Shown here piece after piece: positions 36,912-49,833 of a stretch of DNA of 64,000 bases. The notes below the pieces were generated by a model. The model ran no database searches. It saw only the letters and a program-made list of their open reading frames with translations, and had not been told where the DNA came from. The DNA comes from Lytechinus pictus (taxonomy: Eukaryota): NCBI RefSeq assembly GCF_037042905.1, contig NC_087250.1:18974001-19038000 (forward strand), given 5' to 3'. The position numbers and the translations under genes were made by a program. Every line of letters starts with the position of its first letter. Positions within the stretch are counted from its first letter, which is position 1.

Positions 36912-37679
36912 TTTTTTTCGGCATCACCAATTTTTCCAAAAGGGCAGATAGCTCTGGGGAACCTTGATTTAAGCTACACCTACAATTGTTCCCCTCATCC
37001 ATTTCTTTCACAAATATATATATATACAGTATATGTATACAATTTTATTGGAACGAATTCCACATTCTCATCATGAAAAATCGTCAGAAGGCTTGTAAAA
37101 GGTACTTTCTAATAGACGATACAATTTTTTCACTAAATTTCACGGTTGAATAAACAGTTGAAATTTGCTATGATTGGATTTCTATCAATAAAATGATCGA
37201 ATATGATGACAATTTCTTTTCTCGGAAGAGTATCTCCTACAATATTCATAATATCACGGTTCGATGAACATTTAATGAAAAAAAAAAACAAATATCTTAG
37301 GCAAGTATTGTTTCATTTTGGGAACTAAAATTATCTCATCAATCGTTTTTTTTTTCCTCACAATGTTCATAACTAATTAACATGCTTCAATGATTCTAAG
37401 GCGTTTAAAATTCACGCATGAATGAACATGAGGAATGTGAAAAGCTCTTTTTTTACGTTATTGGGGAAAAAATGCAATTGTTAACTATAGATATCTATCA
37501 CAAACCTTCTTGCATAGTTCATTTGATTTGATTCTTATGAATATCCCAATGTCTATTGCCTCAGAGAGCACACAATTTTCAAAAATTATGCAAATGAGAA
37601 GTAAGCTCAAGGCCTTGGCCCCACTTTGTGCCGTATCGAATGATTATTTTGGAGTGCGCGCCTTTTGGATATTGCCCAA

Positions 37680-38125
37680 GGGGGGACAGTCAAATATATT
37701 GCTGTACACACGCGTGACCAAGAACCTTCCAAACACCCCCTAAAGGAATTTTTCTCTGTGTGCAAAATAACCCCCAAAACATTTTTTGCAGGCTTTATTT
37801 ACACATTTTGGCCCCTTAGCAAGATTTCGCCAAAATATGACCTCGGGGAAAAAGCTTGGAAAAAAAAACATACCCTAAACACGTTTGGCTAGTCTTAAAA
37901 AAGGCTTTGGGGGAAAAAAACTTACCCTAAAATAAGTTTGACCCTGCGATTGACCATTGACCAGTCTTTTAAAACCACCCTTTTTCTTGAAAATCGGTGT
38001 TTTTGATACCCATAACGAGTCCACGCGCGGACCGCGTCCAAAACTGAAAAAAACCTTTAAACGCGGTTTTTTTTTTTGGTCACGCGTGTGTACAGCAATA
38101 TATTTGACTGCCCCCCCCCCCCGGG
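37680..38125. mobile_element. MITE with G/C-tract termini
   Basis: TIR cagtcaaatatattgctgtacacacgcgtgacca / tggtcacgcgtgtgtacagcaatatatttgactg. Confidence 0.8.
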
Positions 38126-38244
38126 GGATATTGTCACTCTGAAGTCATTTCCGAAGCTTCATTAAAAAGAATTAAGGCAGAAGTAACAAAAATCGTCCAT
38201 GAAACCATAGAGCTATTACAGAATAGCTCTATGATGAAACGGCT

Positions 38245-41200
38245 CGGTGTAAAAATGGCAGAGGTAAAAATGGCAGAGGTAAAAATGGCAAAGGTAAAAA
38301 TGGCAAAGGTAAAAATGGCAGAAGTAAAAATGGCAGAGGTAAAAATGGCAGAGGTAAAAATGGCAGAGGTAAAAATGGCAAAGGTAAAAATGACAGAGGT
38401 AAAAATGGCAAAGGTAAAAATGGCAGAGGTAAAAATGGCAGAGGTAATACTGGCAGTGTTAAAAATGGCTGAGGTAAAAATGATAACACTAGTTGGTATT
38501 TCTTATTTTTCCTGGACTTGATGCAAGACCTTCTCATGTCAAATCGCTCTTTTAATATTCAAATTTGAAGAACACTTTGAATCCCAAATATTGTACTTAA
38601 TTCATTAAAGGGGAAATTTACACTGACATACAGTTTATTAAAATGATATTGGTGAAGGTTTTAGGGAATCCATCAAAGATTTGAAAAACTACTAAAATGT
38701 TACGTTAATGGGGACGTCATTTGCGAACAGTTTTCCCCATATATGGTGTAATAAAAAATACCAATGAAATGTCATTTTCTAAAAAAATAGTTTTAATTGT
38801 ACCTTAAAGGTATTGTTTAACTTTGTGAGCAGCCGATTTAAAAAATTCTCAAACCAAGATGAAACATGTGTACAACTGCATGAACTAGAACTAATAAACC
38901 CTGAAAACAACCATTATTGAGAATGAAAAGCTAAAACTACAAGGCAAACCCCGATTTTGTTAATAGGCATCTTATAGACGCCTAAATAGTACACATAAGT
39001 GTATGGGATGAAATTAAGATGGTGTTTTCGGTCACTTTATATTTCAATTTTTGAAGCACTAAATAATTATTTTCGAACGCAATTTTTTCTGGGCTTCATT
39101 TTTATAACATATCACAGACACAGGTGACAAGTGTGACCTTCTAGCTCAGATTTTTTAAAGTCAAACCAATGTTAACCAATCACTTTAAGTATATTAACAT
39201 ACAAATAATTTCACACCCGCTCCTGAAATATTTTTTTTATTTGCAATCATGAACCACTGATTAAAAAATTGAAAAGTAGACATTTTAGTGCATAAAATAC
39301 GGGGTAGTTACTAGTATATGACGTCACAGATCATAAACTCAAACTTCCAATAACCTTATTAATTTTTTTGATGGGTTTTCCGCAAACCTCCACCTATATT
39401 TTTTTTCTGCTATTTTCACAGTAAATCATTTGTCAGTGTGAATTTTTCCTTCAAAACAGGTCAATAGAATGGTAGGCCTACCTCAGAAACAACTATAAAT
39501 TTATATCCCTGATTCGCTACACATTTCAAAATTCATGCGGTAACCGTTAACATAGGAACCTGATATCCACTTGGATTAGCTGCAATGAGGTATTACTCTG
39601 AGAAAAAAATGAACACTAGTTGATATTAAACTGTATACGTATCATATCAATATCTATTTGGATCAATTATGATGTTGAAATATGAAAAATTACTTTTATT
39701 ACAGAACGTTTTGTTATTTTTCTGTTATCCAAGTTATGCAAGTGGTTCAAAGAAATCCCAAACTCGTCTATTTCAATGTGTTAATGGTAGCGCACATTGG
39801 TGTTTATATTACAATTCGTTTGGTATGTATGTGATGAAGTGCTGTTGTACTATACGAACTGGCCAAGATAAATACTTTCATCACTCACAAAGTCAAATCA
39901 TTTTGGCATGAAAATGTTTGAGTTTACTCATATCAACGATAAAGTATAGACCTAAAATTATTAAAATATCCAAATAATATCTCATAAGTTCACAATACTC
40001 ATTTTGTCGATAGGAGTCCATTCAAGGTCAATAATTATGACTGATATTAACTGGAAAGGATCTATCTTTACTTTGACGATCTAGCATGTCATGACCTGTC
40101 ATTTCTGCCTCTGACATTTTTACCTCTGTGTCACGTGGGAAGTGACTTTTTTAAATTATTTATCTACTGCTGCTTGACGCCAAATAAGGAATACGTAAAA
40201 CTGAAGATTACAGTTAGTAAAAGATTTAATCAAAGCTCTTAAATCATTCTGTGATCTCCTTTGATTTCTTTTACAATGATTTACATGAAAATATACATGG
40301 ATATAGATAACAAAACATAACTTACTGATAATAGTTGATGTGAGCCCCAATCATCTCATCTGGCCTGACATGCCCCACTTGGCCCTGGTGGTCGGTCCAG
40401 TTCCTGGCCTCCGCAGCTTGCGATGTCTCTTCCACTCGGCCTCGGCCTCCGCAGACTGTTGCCCCTCGATGAGCAGCCCCAAGATCAGAGATGTGGCTTC
40501 AACGAATTAGTGGACGAGATCGAGCCCCCAATGATGACATGAATTTTGACGAATCATGTCGGTGGAGAACCGGTGGCAGCTGGGGTCGTTATCTCGTCAC
40601 CGACGTAGTCCCTCAGTTTTGACTTAGACTGCCTATACGAACATCTGTGGTCTATTCTAGCTTAGGTGGTTCTCCCTGAATTACCGAAATTAACCTCGTA
40701 ATATACCCTACCGTTACTAGGACTGACTGTAAGATTTCTATAAAGTAATTCAAATAATTTCAATAGCAGATGAGTGCATAAAGCAACACATTCTTAATAA
40801 CACAAGACTTCCTGTGCATCTGTACATTTACATTCTTCAATGCTAAAGCAAAGTATTAACTATTTATGACACCTGTATGAAGATGCTTAGCTAGTACGAA
40901 AATTTTGAACACTTGAACAAAATATGGCATCCACCTGATCTTGTACTGTACTCTAGGGGGGGGGGGTGGGGGTATCAAACGTTTCCAACGCTTGCTTTTG
41001 AAACATTCAAAACATATGTACATATACAATTGTCTATAGGCCTACCATAACCTCGACCAAGTAAATATTTCAAGCACATGTTTGAACTCAACTGAAAGAT
41101 TAGAATTGTATTAAATTTCTTTCCTGACACTCTGCCATTATTACCTCTGCCATTTTTACCTCTGCCATTATTACCTCTGCCATTTTTACCTCTGCCATTT

Positions 41201-41495
41201 TTACCTCAGTCTGCCATTATTACCTCTGCCATTATTACCTCTGCCATTTTTACCTCTGCCATTTTTACCTCAGTCTGCCATTATTACCTCTGCCATTATT
41301 ACCTCTGCCATTTTTACCTCTGCCATTTTTACCTCTGCCATTTCTACCTTTGCCATTTTTACCTCTGCCATTTTTACCTCTGCCATTTTTACATCAGTCT
41401 GCCATTATTACCTCTGCCATTATTACCTTAGACATTTTTACCTCTGCCATTATTACCTCTGCTATTATTACCTCTGCCATTTTTACCCGGCACCG
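38245..41495. mobile_element. MULE-like foldback element with inverted 15-bp tandem arrays and nested MITEs
   Basis: (ggtaaaaatggcaga)n at 38250-38485 and its complement at 41130-41487; ends cggtg / caccg. Nested TTAA MITEs at 38605-39434 and 38804-39188. Confidence 0.7.
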
Positions 41496-41786
41496 ATGAG
41501 GCTGACCCTCATTTCACTCCTTTAAAAATTTTGATTTCCTCTCTCTCACACATTGTGTATACCATGGGTGCATTGTTTAAGAATAAGTAGCTCTTTATTC
41601 AATATGGTGGAACTTTTTTTTCTCAAAATTATCTTTCGCTTAACCATTTGGCAGTAATGTTTATCAACCTCTGGGCGGCATTCTGTGCAAAAATGAAATT
41701 GATTTATTTATGGATGAGTGTAATATTTTATCCCTGATTTACTATCAAATATCTAAAATATGACAGATATTGTACAATTTAAATCA

Positions 41787-41991
41787 TACACTCTAAAAAC
41801 ACTGAGTGAAATTTTACCCGAATTGGGTAGAGAGGGAACATGCATGTTTGCTGGGTATTTATTTTTTACCCGAAATTGGGCTATTTCAAAGCAACATTGC
41901 GTAAAATGTACAACATACTGGGTAACTTTTTACCCAACCAACATGCATGTTCCCATTTTACCCAATATTGGGTAAACCTTTTTAGAGTGTA
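41787..41991. mobile_element. MITE (cactctaaaaa family)
   Basis: tacactctaaaaa ... tttttagagtgta; relative at 16906-17965. Confidence 0.7.
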
Positions 41992-42099
41992 CTCTTAATT
42001 GTGAGCACCACTGCATACTGTATCAGTAACACAATGGTATAGCCAATTTGAAATATGATATTTTTCATTTGTATGGATGGATAGTTACAAACGACTCTT

Positions 42100-42341
42100 C
42101 ACTGCAAAAACTATGGTGTTGATTTAACACCAGCCTGGAATCTATATATGTCCACACCAGAGAAGTGTTATACACCAGTTTCGTTTTGGTCTAACACCAG
42201 ATAGGTGTTTATACAACACCAATTAGTATTAAAACAGCATCGGTTTTATTCCAAACTAGTGTTGTTTCAATACTTCTCTGGTGTGGACATATATAGATTC
42301 CGAACTGGTGTTGTTAAATCAACAACGGAGTTTTTGCAGTG
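42100..42341. mobile_element. MITE (cactgcaaaaa family)
   Basis: TIR cactgcaaaaact / agtttttgcagtg; relatives at 1-128, 19503-20046 and 23140-23312. Confidence 0.75.
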
Positions 42342-42661
42342 TAGACATATATAATAGATAGATAGATAATAGTCTCGATAAACGAATATGAATTGAACAT
42401 GCATTTTCATTATTTTTTTTTTTTCAAGTGTAATATATTTTCTTTTAATTTTATCTTCGTTTGTTTCTGTTTATAAAGAAACAGTTTTATCGGCTCTCCG
42501 CTCTGTCTCCGATGAGAAAAAAACATGACAAATTTGTATTTCCAGCGGTCGGTTGCAATGTGTGTGCTCCTCCATTTGACTTATGGCGAGTATTGACTTT
42601 TCCTTCTTTCAAACTTTCTCAAAAGTGATGAATTCAACACATTAAAAAATGATACCCCTAA

Positions 42662-43076
42662 AGGCCACCGCACACCTTACGACTGTTCGCGATCCGATTT
42701 GGAACAAATCGCATTTTGGTCATTTTCTGAAAATGTGAATGGAACATGTCATATTATTTGAGGTTAAAATTAATTGAAAGAATAATATTATAACCATTTT
42801 GAAAGATTGCAAGCTGTGATTTTGGAGTAAAGGCCAGATTAGTTTAAAATCGTAGCCAATCGTACGACTGCTATGACGTCATTACGACTAGATATTAAAT
42901 TTGCTTTTATTCTAAGAAGGACGATAGCATAGTCACAGATTTGAACATAGGTATTCGTAAGATGATTTGGAACATTACACAGTAAGATATTCCAAGTCTA
43001 AATATTAGCATCAAATTCTACTACATTTTGTTCTGAAATCGGGTCGCAGACCAATCGTAAGGTGTACGGTCGCCTT
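42662..43076. mobile_element. Harbinger-type MITE
   Basis: TIR aggccaccgcacaccttacga / tcgtaaggtgtacggtcgcct with TAA flanks. Confidence 0.75.
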
Positions 43077-44329
43077 AAAATAGCAGATAATAAATAGGAT
43101 TAGGAACGAGAAAAGGTGATACAAACGTTAGAAGCGCATGGAAGCAAAACGCTTTCAGATACCCAAAATGATTATTAAATCATGAATGGGGGTTTTCAGG
43201 GATTAGGCAGACCTGACACCTTGCTTGTGAAAGATCACATCATATTTTAGATTATGGACCCCATGGAAGACCAGAGTAATTTTATGTCAATAACTCTGAA
43301 ATGGGCAATCCTTTCGATTATTTTATTCTATCTATTCATTTGCAATTCATTTTGTTTATTTATATTAATGCCATGTTTGTTATGTATTTATATAATATAT
43401 ATTTTATGGGTTTTTTAATAATCGGAAAATAAATAAACAAACAAACAAGATTGTATTCTCTATTCAAGTCTAAAATCATATTTTTCTTTAAAAGATTGAA
43501 GAACCCACCAAAAAACCACCATTCTTACAAGTTTCCAAAATTCTATTTCGAGGGGGGGGGGGGTGTCGTAAGGCTTTCCCCTAAAAATCCTATTGAATAG
43601 GATAAGCTCCTACTAATTGGCAGCTCTGTTGAGGCTATTTTCTTTGAATCCCTTTTTTTCATATCATTTGTGGCTACCTTTCACACTTTACTCGATGTCT
43701 TAATGGTTTCTCAATTATTTTGACCGGATGAAACATTGAAATGCGGCATGTGCCGACCAAGAAGATTGTCAGAAGAGTAGGCTACTGACACAAATGAAAT
43801 AAAATCTGATGGCTTACGAATATTTCAGTGAAATAATAGGAATTCAAAAATGGTAGTTCTAAAAAAAGCCTTCATAAGATATATTTGACAAGCAATTCTG
43901 AAACAATCATTAGCGCATGCGTATGGGTATCTACTCTGTTATAAAATTTATCCTTATTAATAAAAGAAGTTCCTGCAGCAGAATCTCGACTCAACACCTG
44001 TAATCTTATACCAGATTGCGTAATCTTACAGGAAAATGGGATTTGGTGGATGGAATCTTACAAATTTCCTTAACAAAACACCCTTTTCCCATTTTCGAAC
44101 AGACCTGTTCTGTTAAATTGCAGAAAATTCCTGTTTTATGAATTTACAAAATGATTCTGTTATTGCTTTCTGCAAAATCTCCTTTTTTCTGTAAAATTAC
44201 GGGGTATTTAAACAGTGTAGGACCCAAGAGTTTATTATCTAGATTACCTACTTATATACAATGCTTACGGCGGAACACGTTTTGAATATATATGTTGTGC
44301 CTAATATGACATTGCATATTTTCAGGCGT

Positions 44330-44501
44330 ATGGAAAATAGAATCTATTGTATCCAACTTTTGTCCTTTTAAGGTTTTGTATTTGCTGTGCCTTACCAAAT
44401 AAATGTCGTCACTGAGAGCAATATATTGTCGCCAGTAGTCTCATCTACAGACCCGTTACCGAATCTTGGCGACCTCCCTTATACGCCAATATTTAACGAA
44501 G
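44330..44501 (+). CDS. Candidate first coding exon of the transmembrane caspase-like gene (signal-peptide-like; in-frame TAA at 44369-44371)
   Basis: Acceptor ctaat...tattttcag at 44325 and ATG at 44330, reading MENRIYCIQLLSF*GFVFAVPYQINVVTESNILSPVVSSTDPLPNLGDLPYTPIFNE. Strong donor AAG|GTATGT (phase 1). An alternative acceptor ttttaag| at 44372 skips the stop. Confidence 0.5.
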
Positions 44502-44658
44502 GTATGTGTTTAATTTCAACTATTATAATATTACCATTAGTGTAATGTTTTCTTGAATTAATTATCAGATAGAACAACATATATATAGCTTATGTTCATG
44601 TTTATGAAACAAAATGTTCTGAGGAAATTTATGCCTAAAAAAATATTTTCTTTTATGC

Positions 44659-44938
44659 ACTGGCGGATCCAAGGGGGGCACAGCCGGTCCCCCCCCCCCC
44701 CCACTTTGAGAGGCACAATTAAAATGTGTAATGTAAAAATGCCATTAAAAACACAAGTTTGCTCCCTATGAAAGTGAAGGCCATTTTTAATGCTTGTCAC
44801 CAAATTTCATCATGGACGAAGTGTCCATAATTTTTGGTTGGAATCCTTATTTTTTTTTTTTTTTTTTGGGGGGGGTTGTCAAATTTTACCTCGGGAAAAA
44901 TGTGCCCGCCCCCTTGGAAAATCCTGGATTGGCCCCTG
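44659..44938. mobile_element. MITE (ca.tggcggatcc family; relative at 20429-20642)
   Basis: Ends cactggcggatccaagggg / tcctggattggcccctg. Confidence 0.55.
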
Positions 44939-45388
44939 CTTTAGAGCCTCTTCACAACCCAATAGGAGAAAGGTGGCGAGATAGTACCGTTTGCCTTTGA
45001 AGTACACTATACTGTAACCAAATATAAAGTCTTACAATGGGCTAAAACAGAAAAAAGAATTAACGATGGATTATGTTTTTACATTTTTCAAATGATAAGG
45101 GGTATCCAACCTTTCACCTCTCCCAACATTTTTTCCCAATTGTCCTCTTGCTCCCACCTCACTTAAATTCTGTAGGGAGATCTATCTACTGGCCTATATA
45201 AATGAAATTATTGAATCAGTAACAAAATTGATTCTGACTTCATGTATATCAAAATATAAAATACTTAAGGGAGAAATAGGGTTAGGGCATTATAGGGTAT
45301 AAGGGTAAAATATGCAAGCCAAGAATACGACTATTCCTTTCTTTATTTGGATTGTATGGTAGCTAAATTTTAATCTGATATGTTTATA

Positions 45389-46132
45389 CAGTGCGTCCCA
45401 GAAAAAAAGAAACCGAGATTTATCGATGATTTATCATAACTTACAAATACAATAGACAAGTGACCTACCATTGTAAAGCTTGGAATCTCTTCTTTTATCT
45501 GAAATTACTTAAATTATTTCTCATTCACGCATGAGTGGGCAAAAATAATTTGAATAGGGGATACAAAAAATTCACTTAGCAGGTTGTATCTGGGTTTCAA
45601 AAAGAAAACCCCATTTTCAAAAAGTTCAATCTGCTCTTAAATTGATACCTCAATTACAGAAAATGGTCAAGAAATAACAAAGTTCTGGTTATTTGAAATA
45701 AAGCTTGAATTTCAATAATTTCATAAAATGAAGAGGTTTTACAGGCTAGCGTTCCGAGTCACTGGAACTCCGTTTTGTTGACGATCAGCCATTCATTAAG
45801 TCTTTTGTTAACCGTGCGATAGCTTCTGTGGGGAACCGGTGAAAACACGTTTATTTAATGAAATTATGGAAATATAAGCATTGTTTCGAGGGAACAGAAC
45901 TCTTTTACTTCTTGACCATTTTCTGTGATTAAGGTATCAAATAAAAGAGCAGATATAGAACTTTTTAGGCATGTGATTTTCTTTTTGAAATTCAGATAAC
46001 CCCCGCCAAATGGGTTTTTGGTATCCTTCAAACTGTTTTTGCTCACTCATGCGTGAATTGTCTATTGTATTTGTGATTAAGTTATGATAAATCATCGATA
46101 AATCTCGGTTTCGTTTTTTGTGGGACTCACTG
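45389..46132. mobile_element. Tc1/mariner-type MITE
   Basis: TA flanks; TIR cagtgcgtccca.aaaaaa.gaaaccgagattt; long palindromic arms. Confidence 0.85.
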
Positions 46133-46287
46133 TATAGCTAGAAAGCGAGAATAATCATGCAGATTAAACATTCATAATTTTATGCTACAATGAATAAATC
46201 AGACTATTCTTTCTTAAATGATGGTCTCAAATTTCTCCAGACTTTTAGTTCTGTTTGAAATTATAATATCGCTAATCTTTCCTACAG

Positions 46288-46355
46288 ATGCAGATAAGCA
46301 ATGGGAAAGTATGCGAACATTTCCTCGTGTTTCTTTCGATGATGAATCCGGCACG
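46288..46355 (+). CDS. Candidate extracellular exon (phase 1 to 0)
   Basis: Acceptor gctaatctttcctacag and donor ACG|GTAAAT; open frame (D)ADKQWESMRTFPRVSFDDESGT; phases fit the neighbouring exons. Confidence 0.5.
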
Positions 46356-46637
46356 GTAAATTTCAATTCGATTTCTATGAATACATATGTTTTCTGACGT
46401 ATTCCCCATTTTTTTTTTACATACATTTGCATTGTGTAATTAATTTTTGTAATGTATATAGTAGACTATTTCGCGAATATAGCGTGGACGTAAAGAATTG
46501 AACATGCCATAGCAACAGCACATTTCCCAATCTGAAATATGTGGCAGCAGTTATCCACATCTACGTCGCCAACAGGACGGTCAGGCATACTCGACATGCT
46601 CGATACGTGCCTCGTCCTGTGTCACTCTACCAACTGA

Positions 46638-47449
46638 AGGGGAAGGCGGAGTAAGTTGAGCCATATTGTTTGCCTTTTTCCTGATAGAAGTTATATGATT
46701 CATAATCTTGTGGAAACAATCACCTTGACTTAGAATTTAATTTTTGGGAAACACATTTATACCTATATATAACATTCTACCACCACACTGAAAGTCACTG
46801 TCACCTTTGAAAGAAATAGATGGCTCAAGTTTCCCTACCCATGGGATAAGTTGAGCCACAAAAACTATGTACTAAAGATATGGGATAAGAACCAGCATGA
46901 CATTTTTTTTATTTAAAGTCTTTTCACTTGCTAATTCTCTATAAATATTAACATCCTCTAAAAGTAAAACCAATGTCTTGTGAATTTGGAATTTTCTGCC
47001 TGCATATCAATGGCTTTTAAAGTCTTTTTTTTAAATATACATTACCAAATGAATTACCATGGCTCAACTCCCCCATGTTGGCTGGCTCAACCTACCCCAG
47101 TCCGGACTGGGTGCGATAATTTAGCATCCACACATTTCTTAGGCATCCATCATGTCAAAGACTATGACAAGAATGATGATCCATGCCTGGACTAACGATA
47201 TAGTTATTAAGTCCTCATTATATTTAAAGATGCATGTGGGTAAAAAGCGCTCATCTATTTCACACACTTTTTAAATACTTTTTTTTGAGAAATTTGTTTT
47301 TTTTTCCTCTCAATTTTTTTTTGTTTCAACGTTGAAAACAGTCAATATGGTGGGGTTAGGGAGTTATGCAATGGGTCATCAATATATGACACCACTCATT
47401 ATCGGCCTGGGGGTGGTGGCCCAACTTAAAGTAACCCCGCCTTCCCCTA
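46638..47449. mobile_element. pogo/Tigger-like MITE
   Basis: Ends aggggaaggcgg / ccgccttcccct, with repeated gttgagcca motifs. Confidence 0.55.
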
Positions 47450-47754
47450 CTGTGAACACAGAGCAGGCTTTGTGACGTAACTCCGTATTGATCAGTCCAC
47501 TAGTGGAGTTACAAATGGAAAAGTAGCTGTTTGTTTTTTGCTTTACACCCGATTTTCATCTTGCCTGTAATAATTCTTGACTCTAATCAGGATAGCAATT
47601 AATGAGCAACGTCCTATTATAGTCACTATTTCAATTATGGGCAAAAACTCGAATGGAGAATATTCAACTGACCAAGTTAATATTCCAAAAATGTTTTTGA
47701 TTCCAAAATACCTAGGCTCGCATATCATGCCGTACTTTTACAAACATGACACAG

Positions 47755-47923
47755 AAGCGAATCTATGAGGTTTTTCGTCATTTCTACCTTTACGATGCTT
47801 TTGTGAGAGACGTGCAGACTGGGACACGAGCAATGTTGCAGTCATGTTTTTCTCGGGAAGAGGGTCTCCAGCGAGTGACAAAAGCTTTGATTGACAGGCT
47901 CATATCTACCGGACAGATGACAG
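47755..47923 (+). CDS. Candidate extracellular exon (phase 0 to 1)
   Basis: Acceptor acacag| and donor CAG|GTACTA; KRIYEVFRHFYLYDAFVRDVQTGTRAMLQSCFSREEGLQRVTKALIDRLISTGQMT; phases fit. Confidence 0.45.
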
Positions 47924-48416
47924 GTACTAAAATTGTATTGTTCTATTTATCATTTAGAATTCAGCCCTATACCAAATGCAGACGGCCAATTATGCCTCTT
48001 CAAATTCAATCCGACCAAAGACAAAATTTAAAAAAAACTGCTCGGTAGCGACCACCTTTGGCTCTTTTCTCCCTGTTTTGATCTTAAAATATGTTTTCTT
48101 GACATAAATCTATATTTTTATGTTTGTTCTTCCATCATAATTTTCCTATCTGGAGAATTTTTTGTAGTACGCGTTTTTCTCCTGTTCTTTATTTCATGTC
48201 CCTTTTGCTAAAACCTCGGTAGGCCTATCCCCCGTACCACACGCGGAAAGGACTGAGAGTGGGGTCGTAAGTTATTGCAGAAACTTATTTTTTTAATTTT
48301 GTTTCGATAGTAATTTTTGTTTGCATTTGAAAACAATTGCAAGATAAATTTATGGACCAATGTAAAATTATCTTAAATATATAAACAGAAATATATATAT
48401 CTCTCTTAATCGGTAG

Positions 48417-48614
48417 AATCATCATCATGCTTGGTGCCCGCTTACTCATCCCCTCTCCTGCTCATCCAAGGAGCTTGCCCGCCAGAACTTGGAATCAAGT
48501 GCGACACAGTATGCGAGTTTGCTTGCAGTGATAGCAGCTACACATTGGTGGGGAGTTCTGCAATAAGATGCCAGCCAAATGGAACTCTTTCGGATAAATT
48601 TCCCCACTGTAAAG
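48417..48614 (+). CDS. Sushi/CCP domain exon
   Basis: Phase 1-1 exon of 198 nt: SSSCLVP...CPPELGIKCDTVCEFACSDSSYTLVGSSAIRCQPNGTLSDKFPHCK. It carries the CCP pattern C.F.C...Y.L.GS..I.C...G.....P.C, with L in place of the usual W. Confidence 0.85.
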
Positions 48615-49286
48615 GTGCGTGTGTGTTAGCTTGATCAATTAAGTACACTCTTATAATAGTTGGGCAAAAAATGCCCTACTCTTTAATAACCCTGGGCAAC
48701 ATACTGTCCACACTAGTATTTTAGAGCTAAATTTCCCTTGGTGGGTACAGAGGCTCGCTTATAGCGAGGGCTATTTCATATTAGACGTTGACAGAGGGGT
48801 TGACTTCCTGATTTCCTCAGCCAGTGTTCACTCCGCAAAGCTGTGGACACGTCACTGGGTTGAGTTCGGGGTCCGTGGGAACAATTGCTCTCTCAAATGT
48901 TAGCTTGGGGAAAGAAAGATTTTTTATATCGACGTCCAATCCCGTCCAATCTGGACTAGGCCATGGTCTTGAAGGGATGCAGTGCCAGGGTCGTTGAGAC
49001 TCCAAATTCTAGTCTTTTGGATCCTAAAGCCCTACTGTTTTAGAGAACCAACTTTTAAGCACACTGAATGGTTTGATGAAAAACGTATTTGTTTTCCCTT
49101 TCAAAAAAGCAAGTTATCAAACATTCCAATTCCAAATGAGTGAATTTAACCGATCAGAAATTTATTTGGGTTCATCCATCCTCTCCGTCATTGTAGGCCA
49201 ATTCTCTATCGGACACAAATCCTCAAGATTAGATCTAATGTCCGATAATTTCCATTCTTTGATTTCCTCATTATTTCATTTAACAG

Positions 49287-49664
49287 CAAATGAGGAACAT
49301 ACCACACAGGTCACCACGACAAAGACAACATCTACTCCACATCATGTTGTACACACCACTTTACCATCCACGACAACAAATAAACATTCCTCCCCGAGGA
49401 GATTTACCACAAGAACGGCGCAACCTGAAAATGGCACAACACCGGGAAGTCGCACAGGTCATACCACACCATCGACAACAGGAATGCCTTCGACGACTGG
49501 TTCATCAACTACCTCCGAAGATATTAGTACAACCACACGTTCTCCTACAAAGAAGGACCCAACGTCAAAGGCAGTACCTACCATGTCTACCAAGGCGGAT
49601 AGACCTACAGACGCGAGTTCTTCTACTGTGCCTTCTACAAGTTCTGTTCCTGGCTTGCCCCATA
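49287..49664 (+). CDS. Thr/Ser/Pro-rich mucin-like stalk exon
   Basis: Acceptor tttaacag and donor |GTAAGT; 378 nt, phase 1-1; NEEHTTQVTTTKTTSTP...SSVPGLPH. Confidence 0.85.
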
Positions 49665-49833
49665 GTAAGTCATGCGATGTTCGGAAAAAGACTATTTCTC
49701 GACCTGTTTTTCATCATATGTTTCTTCCCCCCGACGCATTATGCAAGGTATATGCCCCCCTTCCTCCCAAAATCCTGGATCCGCCCCGTCTCCATCACAA
49801 TCTCACCTCCAAAAACATTTTGGCCGACAGATC

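Noticed and set aside
38229..38537. ORFs (VKMAE)n and (LPFLP)n
   Set aside because: Translations of a 15-bp tandem array forming one arm of a transposon.
42546..42620. Possible small exon after tttccag
   Set aside because: No strong GT donor and no phase support; at most a 5' UTR exon.
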